Assembly (NCBI GenBank): GCA_964480435.1
Contig: CAYZSS010000005.1
Span: forward strand, 12,480-44,479
DNA: 32,000 bases
Direction of reading: 5' to 3'
Source of the DNA: an uncultured archaeon
Lineage (GTDB): Archaea > Iainarchaeota > Iainarchaeia > Iainarchaeales > 0-14-0-20-30-16
Numbering within the stretch: the first letter of the stretch is position 1; every line of letters begins with the position of its first letter. Of this stretch, positions 8,501-17,416 are shown piece after piece. The translations under genes were made by a program, and so were the position numbers. The notes under the pieces were generated by a model that made no database searches, was not told where the DNA came from, and saw only the letters and a list, made by a program, of their open reading frames with translations.

Positions 8501-9742
8501 TTAAAATACTAAACTCGCCATTATTGGCAAGGCAATTACGGATGCAATTATGCTCCCTAAATTACTAAGCGCCACAATTAATAAAATCTTACTTACTTTG
8601 TTACCTCTAAGCTTTTTTAGGGAAAAGCCAATACTATTTAAAGCCAAGAAGTCCATTACTTTGGGTTTATTTGCCATTACTTCCACAAGCCCTGCGACCC
8701 AACCAGCCCCAATAAAAGGGTTTAAAGCAGTAAAAGGAGCAACAATAAAAGCTGTTAATATAGTAATGAACTTTGCTCCTCCAATAATACAGCCAAGGCT
8801 AGCAAGAATCCCATGTAATAAAAACCAGAGCAGTAATAAATTTACACCTACCCCTGTTCCTTTTGTGTTAAAACCATATATTATAAAAAATAAAAATAAT
8901 ATTGGTATAAGCCATTTTAGAAGCCCTATTTTTCTCTTTTGTTTTATGGTTGTAAGGCTATTATAAGAATAATTCTCAAATTCTTTAAGTGTTAAATTTT
9001 TCTCAATACCACTTAAGTGTCCTGCTCCGACTATGGTAAGAACTTTACCAGCAGTACTTTCACCAAGTTTTTTTGCAATATATCTGTCTCTATCATCAAC
9101 TAAAGTTTCCTTAAGTTTAGGGAATTCTTTAACCATAAGAGAAATTGCTTTGCTTATTGAATCCTCTTTTTTCATTGCTTCTACTGTTTCTTTGTCTATT
9201 TCATCTGAACTGAAAAAAGATAAAAAGAAAAAATACATTAACTTCATCTTTTCAAAGAATGAAAGGGCTGAAATGGCTTTTTTAAAGGTAATTTGGATGT
9301 CTCTATCCGCCAAAATTACAGGTATATTTTTCTCTTTTGCAATATTATATGCCTCTATCATTTCTTGCCCTGGCATTATTCCTACCTTTTCTCCAAGCTT
9401 TTTTTGGATGTTCGCAAGATACATATTAAGCAAAAAAAGATAAACATTTTTTGTTTTTATTACTTCAAATATGTTCATTTCTTTCCAGTTCTCTGGATTT
9501 ACAAGTTTATGTAATCTGCTTTCACAGAGTTCTATAGCAATAACATCAGGTTTTTCTAATTCAATTGTTTCTCTTACTTCTTCTACGCTTTTATTGGAAA
9601 TGTGGGCAGTACCCAAAACAATGTGTTCTGTAATATGTTCTCCTTTGTTTACAAAAATAGTTCGCTTAAGGTGACTAGTAGATATATTTTCCTTTACTTG
9701 TTTGTTTTCATTTTTTTCCTTTTTCTTCACTACAATCCCCAT
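8501..9742 (-). CDS. TraB/PrgY-family protein with C-terminal multi-TM region
   Basis: Family signature LGTAHISNKSVEEVRETIELEKPDVIAIELCESRL, later GAGHLSGI, then several hydrophobic helices. The ORF-track start at 9748 is GTG and the first ATG is at 9742. The stop lies 17 nt upstream of the glyS start, so the two are probably co-transcribed. Confidence 0.8.
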   Translation of the reverse strand: MGIVVKKKEKNENKQVKENISTSHLKRTIFVNKGEHITEHIVLGTAHISNKSVEEVRETIELEKPDVIAIELCESRLHKLVNPENWKEMNIFEVIKTKNVYLFLLNMYLANIQKKLGEKVGIMPGQEMIEAYNIAKEKNIPVILADRDIQITFKKAISALSFFEKMKLMYFFFLSFFSSDEIDKETVEAMKKEDSISKAISLMVKEFPKLKETLVDDRDRYIAKKLGESTAGKVLTIVGAGHLSGIEKNLTLKEFENYSYNSLTTIKQKRKIGLLKWLIPILFLFFIIYGFNTKGTGVGVNLLLLWFLLHGILASLGCIIGGAKFITILTAFIVAPFTALNPFIGAGWVAGLVEVMANKPKVMDFLALNSIGFSLKKLRGNKVSKILLIVALSNLGSIIASVIALPIMASLVF

Positions 9743-9790
9743 AAGCACATTAATAAATGTTTTTTAACAATCAATATATTAATTTATGAT

Positions 9791-9805
9791 ATTTATATAT
9801 ATAAA
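9791..9805 (+). promoter_or_regulatory. TATA-like box upstream of tRNA-Gln
   Basis: ATTTATATATATAAA lies immediately upstream of the tRNA 5' end. It is an archaeal TATA-like sequence. The spacing implies a short leader or a TSS close to the mature end. Confidence 0.35.
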
Positions 9806-9809
9806 GGAT

Positions 9810-9882
9810 AGCCCTGTAATGTAGCGGCCTATCAGTAGAGGCTCTGGACCTCTAAACCTGGGTTCAAATCCCAGCAGGGCTA
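9810..9882 (+). tRNA. tRNA-Gln (anticodon CUG)
   Basis: Hand-folded cloverleaf. Acceptor AGCCCTG/CAGGGCT with discriminator A. Anticodon stem AGAGG/CCTCT with loop CTCTGGA (anticodon CTG). 4-nt variable loop. T arm CTGGG-TTCAAAT-CCCAG. D arm ATGT-AGCGGCCTA-TCAG with only two central Watson-Crick pairs. A1-U72 is the archaeal tRNA-Gln hallmark. No encoded CCA. Confidence 0.85.
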
Positions 9883-9912
9883 TATCTGTGTTTTAATGAA
9901 CAAGAGGATAAA

Positions 9913-10452
9913 ATGTGTAAAGAAGAGTATGTTTATTATTTATCAAAAAAAATTGGACACAACGGAAATGATAACTATATAGGCATTGGCTCTTCAAATT
10001 TTACTCCTTTAGAATTAAATTTTAAATCAGAAACAGATATAAAAAAAGTAATTCCCGGTGACAAGTTATATGTTGGCGAAGGAAGTAGAGAAGTAGTTAA
10101 ATCCATTATTGGAAGAGCGGAACCCCTTGATTTTGAAGGTAATGATCACAAATTTTTGCAGGAAATTATAAATAAAATTATTTCTGAAAATGAAACTAGG
10201 TTTGTGGACTTTTTTAATAACTCTGAGGCGTATAGTATGAAAAGGCACAGTTTATCTCTAATTCCCGGTGTAGGTCCAAAAGTATTAGCATTTATCTTAA
10301 AAGAAAGAAAAATAAAACAAATTAATAGTATTAATGATTTAAAAGAAAGATGTGAACAAAATAATGTTCCATTCATTCCATTAAGCAATTTATCAAAAAG
10401 AATTGTTTTGGAATTGTGTGGAAAAACTAAAGAAAGAATTTTTGTAAAGTAG
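9913..10452 (+). CDS. DUF655-family protein (archaeal putative nucleic-acid-binding protein with helix-hairpin-helix)
   Basis: Central and C-terminal block FVDFFNNSEAYSMKRHSLSLIPGVGPKVLAFILKERK...SINDLKERC matches the remembered DUF655 pattern (F..FFN.A.P...R.H.LELLPGIG.K). Confidence 0.6.
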   Translation: MCKEEYVYYLSKKIGHNGNDNYIGIGSSNFTPLELNFKSETDIKKVIPGDKLYVGEGSREVVKSIIGRAEPLDFEGNDHKFLQEIINKIISENETRFVDFFNNSEAYSMKRHSLSLIPGVGPKVLAFILKERKIKQINSINDLKERCEQNNVPFIPLSNLSKRIVLELCGKTKERIFVK

Positions 10453-10538
10453 TGATAGAGATGGACAAGTTTAAATTTGTGCTAATAAAAAATCTTGCAC
10501 AAATATCAAACAGGGCATAAAAATTAAGGTGTTATTTT

Positions 10539-11282
10539 ATGGACGTATCTAAATTTTTTGGAAGTAAATTTATTACGGGGCAAGATAATGGCGAAAAAAC
10601 CAGGAAGATATACCAAGAAGTTTTTGATAATAGGATGTTTAACACGATATCTAAACTGTATTACAAAAAAATCTTTGATGTTATTGACGGTCTTATTTCA
10701 ACAGGAAAAGAAGCAAATGTGTTCCTTGCAAAAAAAGGTGACGGAAAAATCGCAATAAAAATATTCCGGAGGGAAACTACCTCTTTTTCTAAATTTATTG
10801 AATATGTTGAGAGTGACCCTAGATTTCTAAATATTAAAAAAAATAGGGCACAGATATCAAACCTAATGGCACACAAAGAATTTAGAAACCTAAAAACAGC
10901 AGAGAAATTTGGTTGCAGAGTTCCAAAAGCAATTAAATTTATTGAGAATATTGTGGTAATGGAGTGCATTGGGGAGCCAGAACAGACCTTAGATAATTTT
11001 TCTAAGCAGGAGATTGAAGAAAATAAGGAACAAATATTTTCTGAAATTGAAGAGAACCTGAGAAAACTAAAAAAAGCAAGGCTTGTGCATGGGGATCTAT
11101 CAGAATATAACATAATATTTTTTAAGAACGTTTACTTTATTGATATGTCGCAGTCAACAACCTATGATAATCCCAGAGCAAAAGAGTTTTATCTGCGGGA
11201 TTTGAAAAATATCCAAAGACTATTTAAAAAATATAAATACACTTCAGAATTTATTGAAAAAGAAATAGAGGGACTTATATGA
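10539..11282 (+). CDS. rio1: RIO-type serine protein kinase, Rio1-like
   Basis: ISTGKEANVF nucleotide-binding loop, catalytic LVHGDLSEYNI, metal-binding IDMSQS, and no N-terminal winged helix (Rio1 rather than Rio2). AAGGTG lies 7 nt upstream of the ATG. Confidence 0.85.
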   Translation: MDVSKFFGSKFITGQDNGEKTRKIYQEVFDNRMFNTISKLYYKKIFDVIDGLISTGKEANVFLAKKGDGKIAIKIFRRETTSFSKFIEYVESDPRFLNIKKNRAQISNLMAHKEFRNLKTAEKFGCRVPKAIKFIENIVVMECIGEPEQTLDNFSKQEIEENKEQIFSEIEENLRKLKKARLVHGDLSEYNIIFFKNVYFIDMSQSTTYDNPRAKEFYLRDLKNIQRLFKKYKYTSEFIEKEIEGLI

Positions 11283-11806
11283 GCACTACGTATTTGAAAA
11301 TAACCCATGAAAGAATTCCAATTCTTATAGGGAAAAATGGAGAAACAAGGAAAAGACTAGAGAATATAACTCTTGCAAAAATAATTATAGATAGTGAAAC
11401 GGGGGATGTAACAATAGACCAAAAAGAAGCAAACCCATTAACTTTTTATAAATTAGAGACTGTTATAAAAGCAATTGGCAGAGGCTTTTCTCCGGATCAC
11501 GCAATCTATTTGCTAGATGATGGCTATGAACTATTGCTAATGGATATAAGTGATTATGCCAAAAGTGAAAAAGCAAGAGGAACTAAAAGATCTAGAATAA
11601 TTGGCACAGATGGTACAGTAAGAAAATATATTGAAGATGTTACGGACTGTTTTATTTCTGTACAAGGAAAAACAGTTGGTATAATTGGGATAGAACCTAA
11701 GTTATCAGTTGCTATTCAGGCAGTACAAAGAATCCTTGAGGGTGCTGAAATAATGTCTGTAAAAACATTTTTGAAAAAAGCACTAATAAAAGGGACTTTA
11801 ATGTGA
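11279..11806 (+). CDS. KH-domain RNA-binding protein (archaeal Dim2/Pno1-like)
   Basis: Two KH GXXG loops (IGKNGETRKRLE and IIGTDGTVRKYIE). The start overlaps the rio1 stop (ATGA). The Rio-KH gene pair is a common archaeal arrangement. Confidence 0.75.
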   Translation: MSTTYLKITHERIPILIGKNGETRKRLENITLAKIIIDSETGDVTIDQKEANPLTFYKLETVIKAIGRGFSPDHAIYLLDDGYELLLMDISDYAKSEKARGTKRSRIIGTDGTVRKYIEDVTDCFISVQGKTVGIIGIEPKLSVAIQAVQRILEGAEIMSVKTFLKKALIKGTLM

Positions 11807-11841
11807 AATCTAAATAATTTAATTCAAAATGAGATGATAAA

Positions 11842-14800
11842 ATGGAAGCACAAAATAAAGACAGTTTTTCAGCAAGTTTTAAGGAAAGCTCGGTTGCAGA
11901 GTTTTTCAAACAAAACCGACATATGCTTGGTCTTTATGGGAAAATTAGATCTCTAACTACTGTTATTGCTGAATATGTTTGTAATTCTCTTGATGCCTGT
12001 GAAGAAGGAGGAATTCTTCCGGAGATAATTGTAAAAATTATCCCAATAGGTGAAGAACATTATGAAATCCATGTTCTAGATAATGGGCCTGGAATACCAA
12101 AGGAGAAAGTAGGAAAGGCTTTAGGTAAACTTTTGGCAGGAACAAAATTTCATAGATTGATCCAATCATTAACTGCAGATGAACTAATGATATACAGACA
12201 AAACAATAAAATTCAAATAGAACCTATAGGCATATTTGTAGATAAATTTCTAAAACCAAATGAATATGAAAAAGATATTTCAAAATTAAACATTAGCGTT
12301 CCATGTTTTGATCATATAAAATATATCTATACTTTTAGAAAAATTAAAACAGTTATTAGGCATTCTAGAAAAAATGAAATTTATGAAATCAAGACAAAGT
12401 ATAATAAAAAAATTAAAGTAACGGGCTGTCACAGTGTATTTTCTTTAAACGCAGCAGGTTTAATAAAAGAAACCGAAGTTAGAAACTTATCAAAAGGGGA
12501 TTATATTGCTTGTCCAAATAAACTGCCTGAGGTAAAAATAATAACTAAAATTAATTGTTTAGATTACCTGGATGATAACACTGTTGGAGAAAGATGGTTT
12601 TGCTATGGAATTGATAACAAAATAATCTCTAGTTTATTTAAAACTGCAAAACTAACTAAAAAAAGAGACAAAACAGGTAAACTAAGAGAATATTTCAAGC
12701 TCAAAGACAAAAACAAAAATGAATTGTTAGTGCTAAAAGAATCTGTCCAATATAATTATCTAAAAAAACATTTCTTGCCTATTAATATAATCCTTAAAAT
12801 GGGGCTAAACAACAAAGTAAAAAATGGAACAATAAGAAGTTATATTCATGGAAATATTGTTGATATACCGGTAGAATGGAATTTAACTCCGGGATTTGTC
12901 AGATTCTTAGGGCTATATGTTGCAGAAGGGCATTTAGACAAAAGACAAATAGGCTTTACTTTTGGTAAACATGAACAGAAATATATAACTGAAATCAGCT
13001 CTTTTGCAAAATCAAAAGGCATACACACAACATTAGAAAAGAGAATCGCATCTTTAAGGATAAAAGTATTTGGCGGTATTATTTCTAATCTTATGAGAAA
13101 TTGGTGTGGGCATCTTGCAAAAAACAAAAAAATACCTGAATTTATTTTTTCTGCAGATTATAGATTAAGACAACAGTTTTTGGATGCATTATATCAGGGT
13201 GATGGGCATAACACAAAAAGCAGAAATCAATTAATGCATGTTACGGTAAGTGAAACACTTGCAAATCAGTTGCAATATTTGTGGTTATTACAGGGTGTGG
13301 TAACTGCCAGAAATGAACGAATGAACAAAGGGCTGGGAAAAACTCCATCAAAGGTCTATGTTACCACAACTTATGGAAAAGATATAAATAAATCTAATGT
13401 GTTTTCCACAAATACAAAGTGTATAATACAAGAACACAAATTATTACCTATTCAAATATTTAATGAGTTTAAACACAAAAAAGTAAACCAATTTAATCCC
13501 ACTATGCCAGAAATTTTTAGAATTTTAAATTTGGGGGATACAAAAATACAAATAAACAAATATATCAAAATATTTGATAAACTATTTAAAGGTAAATCCA
13601 TTGCTAATATAAACAAACACAAATTTAAGCAGTTACTAAATTTAGGATTCATTGACAATAATTATAACCCGACTAAAATAGTTGAATTATTAAAAAATAA
13701 ATTGCAAAAAATCAAAACATTAACAGAATCCAATCTGAGTTTACTAAGAATTGTAGATGTTAAAAAGATTACTATTGGTTTTAAACAGGTTTATGATATT
13801 TCTGTTCCGGGCTATGAAAATTTTGTTGCAGGTAGCGGAGGAATTGCCTGCCATAACACTCGTGGACAACAAGGTATAGGAGCCAGTGGTTGTATACTTC
13901 TTAGTCAAGTTACTACTGGTAAACCAACAAAAGTTATTTCTGGATCTGGTGGAAGACCAACATATATGGAACTGGAAATTGATATTGAAAAAAACGAACC
14001 AAAAATTAAAGCACAAAAAGAATTAGATTACGATTATAGAGGACTTGCAATAAAATCAGAGATAAAAGATGTAAATTACCAGAACAGTAATCAAAATGCT
14101 CTGGAATATCTAAGAAGAACCGCAATTGTAAATCCACATGTAACCATAAATTATACTGATCCTTTTAACAATACTTATATTTTTGAAAGATCAACAGGGT
14201 ATATTCCTAAAAAACCAATTGCAATAAAACCCCACATAAAATGTGTCACCACCGATGATCTTAAAACACTAGTAAAGGCCCATCCTAAGAAGTCTATTGC
14301 TGGGCTTTTTAAACAAGAGTTTGATAGGGTTGGTGACAAAACTATTAAAGACATAAATTCGCTTTTGAACTTTGATATTACTTCTTTAAACATGAATAAA
14401 GCTACTTGGGAACAATTTGAAAAAGTAGTAAAAGCTATTGCAAAGACAAAGACCATCTCTCCCCGCTTAGATAGTCTTATTCCTATTGAAGAAAAATATC
14501 TTGAGGAGTCATTAAGAAAAATAGTAAAACCTGAGTTTCTATCTGTATTAACAAGAAAGCCCACGGTATACAAAGGTGGCTATCCTCTACAAGTAGAAGT
14601 TGCTATTGCTTATGGAGGAGATTCAGGGCAAACTTTGGCAAATAATGAAAAACGAATGGAACTAATGAGATTTGCAAATAAAGCACCCCTATTATTTGAT
14701 AATGGAGCCTGCGCAATAACTAAGGCAGTGAATTCAATAGATTGGAAAAGATATAATATAAGAGATATTGAAACTCAGCCAATAACAATCCTTGTGAACT

Positions 14801-15201
14801 TGGCGTCTGTACACATACCGTACACTAGCGCAGGAAAGCAGGCAATTGCTGAAGAAGATGAAATCGTTGAAGAAATAAGAAAAGCACTAATGACAGCGGT
14901 AAGGTCTTTAGGAATCCACCTGTCAAAGAAGAAAGGACTAGAGTTAAAGTTAAAGAAAAGAAGCATTTTTATCCATTACGCAAAGGAACTGGCGGAAGGA
15001 CTACACCTACTAACGGACCGGAATAAAAAAGAATTAGTTGAAAAGTTAGAGGTAATAATAACACAAAAACTACAGCTTGAAGAAGATGAAGATGCAGAAG
15101 ATCCTCCTGAAGATGAAATAATTGATGAAAGCAAACAAAAAGGAAAAAAAGAGAAAATAACTGATTTCTTTAGCTCAGAAGGTGAAGATGATGACCAATA
15201 A
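11842..15201 (+). CDS. top6B: DNA topoisomerase VI subunit B, interrupted by an in-frame intein
   Basis: GHKL/Bergerat motifs: N-box EYVCNSLDA, G1 box VLDNGPGIP, and ATP-lid GKLLAGTKFHRLIQ ... TRGQQGIGASG split by the insert. H2TH/transducer-like region and an acidic C-terminal tail follow. It is followed by an overlapping top6A. Confidence 0.9.
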   Translation: MEAQNKDSFSASFKESSVAEFFKQNRHMLGLYGKIRSLTTVIAEYVCNSLDACEEGGILPEIIVKIIPIGEEHYEIHVLDNGPGIPKEKVGKALGKLLAGTKFHRLIQSLTADELMIYRQNNKIQIEPIGIFVDKFLKPNEYEKDISKLNISVPCFDHIKYIYTFRKIKTVIRHSRKNEIYEIKTKYNKKIKVTGCHSVFSLNAAGLIKETEVRNLSKGDYIACPNKLPEVKIITKINCLDYLDDNTVGERWFCYGIDNKIISSLFKTAKLTKKRDKTGKLREYFKLKDKNKNELLVLKESVQYNYLKKHFLPINIILKMGLNNKVKNGTIRSYIHGNIVDIPVEWNLTPGFVRFLGLYVAEGHLDKRQIGFTFGKHEQKYITEISSFAKSKGIHTTLEKRIASLRIKVFGGIISNLMRNWCGHLAKNKKIPEFIFSADYRLRQQFLDALYQGDGHNTKSRNQLMHVTVSETLANQLQYLWLLQGVVTARNERMNKGLGKTPSKVYVTTTYGKDINKSNVFSTNTKCIIQEHKLLPIQIFNEFKHKKVNQFNPTMPEIFRILNLGDTKIQINKYIKIFDKLFKGKSIANINKHKFKQLLNLGFIDNNYNPTKIVELLKNKLQKIKTLTESNLSLLRIVDVKKITIGFKQVYDISVPGYENFVAGSGGIACHNTRGQQGIGASGCILLSQVTTGKPTKVISGSGGRPTYMELEIDIEKNEPKIKAQKELDYDYRGLAIKSEIKDVNYQNSNQNALEYLRRTAIVNPHVTINYTDPFNNTYIFERSTGYIPKKPIAIKPHIKCVTTDDLKTLVKAHPKKSIAGLFKQEFDRVGDKTIKDINSLLNFDITSLNMNKATWEQFEKVVKAIAKTKTISPRLDSLIPIEEKYLEESLRKIVKPEFLSVLTRKPTVYKGGYPLQVEVAIAYGGDSGQTLANNEKRMELMRFANKAPLLFDNGACAITKAVNSIDWKRYNIRDIETQPITILVNLASVHIPYTSAGKQAIAEEDEIVEEIRKALMTAVRSLGIHLSKKKGLELKLKKRSIFIHYAKELAEGLHLLTDRNKKELVEKLEVIITQKLQLEEDEDAEDPPEDEIIDESKQKGKKEKITDFFSSEGEDDDQ
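12166..13857 (+). mobile_element. intein with LAGLIDADG homing-endonuclease domain inside top6B (564 codons)
   Basis: The N-terminal splicing block starts with Ser (SLTADELMIY). Block B is TxxH (KVTGCHSVF). LAGLIDADG motifs are FLGLYVAEGHL (12904-12936) and FLDALYQGDGH (13177-13209). The C-terminal block is VYDISVPGYENFVAGSGGIACHN, followed by +1 Thr of TRGQQGIG. Excision restores a contiguous ATP-lid motif and a 555-aa Top6B. Confidence 0.85.
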
Positions 15202-16288
15202 AGATAATAAAGATATAACCAAAATAGAGCAGTTGGGACGAGATATAGTAAAGCAGATTGATGCAGGTCAAGAACCAGATTATTCAATTCCAATTAGATC
15301 TTTAAGTAATATTTATTATGATAAAGAATCAAAAACAATTAAACTTGGTGACAAAACAAGTAAAAGACATTTTTTGAATATAGGGCATGCAAGAAAGTTT
15401 ATGCAAACTGTTTTAGTGGCATCAGAAATAAAAGAACTAATAAAGCATGAGGCAACAACCTCTATTAGAGATCTTTATTATGCACTAAAGCACACAATTG
15501 AAGGTACAAAAGAAAATGTTTTTGAAAATCAGGGTGAGTCAGACCCACTGATTGAAGATTTAGAAGCAGCTTTAGGGTTGTTAAGAGAAGAATTACATCT
15601 AACCGCATCTACCAAAGGAATTATTGCAGGAAATTTAGTAGTAAAAGATGGAAGAGATGTTATCGATTTAGCAAGAATGGGGTCAGGTGGTTGGGGTGTA
15701 CCATCCAATGTTGAACCAGAAAAAATTGAGATTAAAGATATGCATGCAGAATATATTCTTTTTATTGAAAAGGATGCGGTTTGGAAAAGATTTAATGAAG
15801 ATAAATTCTGGAAAAAACACAACTGTATTATAATCACAGGAAAAGGACAACCAGCAAGAGCAGAGAGGAGATTAGTACAGAGATTAAATAAAGAATATAA
15901 CCTTCCTGTTTATGCTCTTATGGATGCAGATCCATGGGGGATGTACATTTATTCAGTAATAAAACAGGGCTCGATTTCTCTAAGTTATTCCGAGGAAAAA
16001 TTAGCTACTCCTGATACTAAATATATTGGATTAACAATTTCTGATGTTGACAAATTCAAAATCCCAAGCAATGTAACAATTAAACTAAACCAGCAGGATT
16101 TGAAAAGAATAAGAGAAATGAAAGAATATCCTTGGTTTAAGAAGGATAAAGGCTGGCAAAAAGAGTTTGATTTGATGAAACAGAGAAACTACAAGTTAGA
16201 ATTGGAAGCTTTAAGTAGAAAAGGAATAAGATTCATAACAGAAGAATATTTACCTAGAAAGATTGAAACTAAAGATTTTTTAGGTTAA
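15188..16288 (+). CDS. top6A: DNA topoisomerase VI subunit A (Spo11 homologue)
   Basis: 5Y-CAP region (SIRDLYYALKH with the catalytic Tyr context) and Toprim domain (ILFIEKDAVW; YALMDADPWGMYIYSVIK). The ORF-track start at 15182 is a GTG inside an AGGTGA motif. ATGs at 15188 and 15191 are the likely starts. It overlaps the top6B stop (15199-15201). Confidence 0.9.
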   Translation: MMTNKDNKDITKIEQLGRDIVKQIDAGQEPDYSIPIRSLSNIYYDKESKTIKLGDKTSKRHFLNIGHARKFMQTVLVASEIKELIKHEATTSIRDLYYALKHTIEGTKENVFENQGESDPLIEDLEAALGLLREELHLTASTKGIIAGNLVVKDGRDVIDLARMGSGGWGVPSNVEPEKIEIKDMHAEYILFIEKDAVWKRFNEDKFWKKHNCIIITGKGQPARAERRLVQRLNKEYNLPVYALMDADPWGMYIYSVIKQGSISLSYSEEKLATPDTKYIGLTISDVDKFKIPSNVTIKLNQQDLKRIREMKEYPWFKKDKGWQKEFDLMKQRNYKLELEALSRKGIRFITEEYLPRKIETKDFLG

Positions 16289-16309
16289 GATTTACTTGGA
16301 GATGTGATT

Positions 16310-17113
16310 ATGCCTAAAAGACCGCCACACAGGGTGCTTTTAAATATCCCTGAAGAAAAAAGCTATTATGAAGCAGTAGATAGATTACATGCAGAAACAG
16401 GAATAATACCCCAGAAACACTACTCTTTTAAATTTTCTAGGTTTACCAGGGAAATTGGGCTTTTAGATCAATACCATGCACAACTTAAAAAACTACAAAG
16501 AGGAGAAGCTATTGTTTTATTTCCATATGACGGACAGCCGGGATTTACGCTTGAACCTGTAAGAATAGGAAAAACATATACAGTAGTAAAAACAAAAATT
16601 AACCCAGGAAATACAGCAACAATATACTTTTATGTTCCTAATAGCAAGGTTCATGGAGCAAGAATATTATTAGCTGATGCAAGACTTTCAGGAAATGTAA
16701 ATAATATGCTAATTCCTTTTAATGCGGGTCATGTGCAAATTAATGATGCTGGAAGGAACAAAATAATTTTTGAGCAAATACAAGGTGGTTTTTCCTCAGA
16801 AATAGATATTAGAGACCAAAAACTTATCTCCCGCGGCTTGACTTCTTTACATGGGCTATGGAAGAAAAAGATGATTGCAGCAATAATTCAAGAAGCCTTA
16901 AATAGTGGCAAAAGTGTGTTCTTTCCAACAGGGCACAGATACAAAGATTATTTAGGGCATGCACAATATAATGCACAATCACATGATCGTTTCTTTAAAG
17001 AGGTTATGACGGAGCTTGGCTTAGATTTTACTTTAGAAAAAGATTATTACCTTGTTCAACCAAAAGGAGCCCCTGAGAGAGCTAAGGGTATTTTGGAAAG
17101 GATCTTTGGGTAA
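16310..17113 (+). CDS. hypothetical protein (no family recognised)
   Basis: 267-codon ORF 21 nt after top6A. The ATG at 16310 is preceded by GGAG and the ORF-track start at 16304 is GTG. It has no TM or signal sequence and is less Lys-rich than its neighbours. A T-rich tract follows the stop. Confidence 0.6.
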   Translation: MPKRPPHRVLLNIPEEKSYYEAVDRLHAETGIIPQKHYSFKFSRFTREIGLLDQYHAQLKKLQRGEAIVLFPYDGQPGFTLEPVRIGKTYTVVKTKINPGNTATIYFYVPNSKVHGARILLADARLSGNVNNMLIPFNAGHVQINDAGRNKIIFEQIQGGFSSEIDIRDQKLISRGLTSLHGLWKKKMIAAIIQEALNSGKSVFFPTGHRYKDYLGHAQYNAQSHDRFFKEVMTELGLDFTLEKDYYLVQPKGAPERAKGILERIFG

Positions 17114-17130
17114 TTTCTTTTCTTTTTTTA
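17114..17130 (+). terminator. oligo-T tract after 16310-17113
   Basis: TTTCTTTTCTTTTTTTA lies directly after the stop codon. Archaeal terminators are typically T-runs. Confidence 0.35.
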
Positions 17131-17191
17131 TCCTTTCACTTAAAAGATAACTTTATATTTTTTTTCTGATTAATATATATTAGGTGTCTGT

Positions 17192-17362
17192 ATGGATAAC
17201 AACATTAAGGCTTTACTAATGGTTGTAGTTGGGTTCTTTCTAATTTTCTGGATATCCCAGGATTTTTCTTTAATTTCTTTTAGAAACACAAGCAACGTCT
17301 CAATAGGTCTTATAATCATAGCTATTATCCTGCTAGTTGTCTTCCTGAATAAAAAGAAATAA
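17192..17362 (+). CDS. small two-TM membrane protein (56 aa), below the ORF-track size cut-off
   Basis: Hand translation: MDNNIKALLMVVVGFFLIFWISQDFSLISFRNTSNVSIGLIIIAIILLVVFLNKKK. There are two hydrophobic helices and a positive C-terminus. AGGTG lies 6 nt upstream of the ATG. It fills an otherwise empty 300-nt gap. Confidence 0.45.
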   Translation: MDNNIKALLMVVVGFFLIFWISQDFSLISFRNTSNVSIGLIIIAIILLVVFLNKKK

Positions 17363-17416
17363 CAATTCAGGTATTTTTAAGAAAGTTATATATTAACCAT
17401 TAAATCTAATATAATA

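Noticed and set aside
8550-9674. Several plus-strand ORFs (8550-8966, 9033-9443, 9293-9514, 9471-9674) overlapping the TraB-family gene. Similar antisense ORFs lie inside other strong genes, e.g. 10661-11113, 14976-15293, 25972-26545 and 29589-30215.
   Set aside because: They lie antisense to, or out of frame with, well-supported conserved genes. They encode Phe/Leu/Ile/Ser-rich low-complexity peptides typical of the reverse frames of Lys/Glu/Asn-rich AT-rich genes, and they have no start-site motifs.
10475-10504. The inverted repeat ATTTGTGC-N14-GCACAAAT between the DUF655 gene and rio1, as a possible operator site.
   Set aside because: An 8-bp AT-rich stem in an AT-rich spacer is not significant on its own. 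It is equally explained as a terminator-like hairpin after the DUF655 gene.
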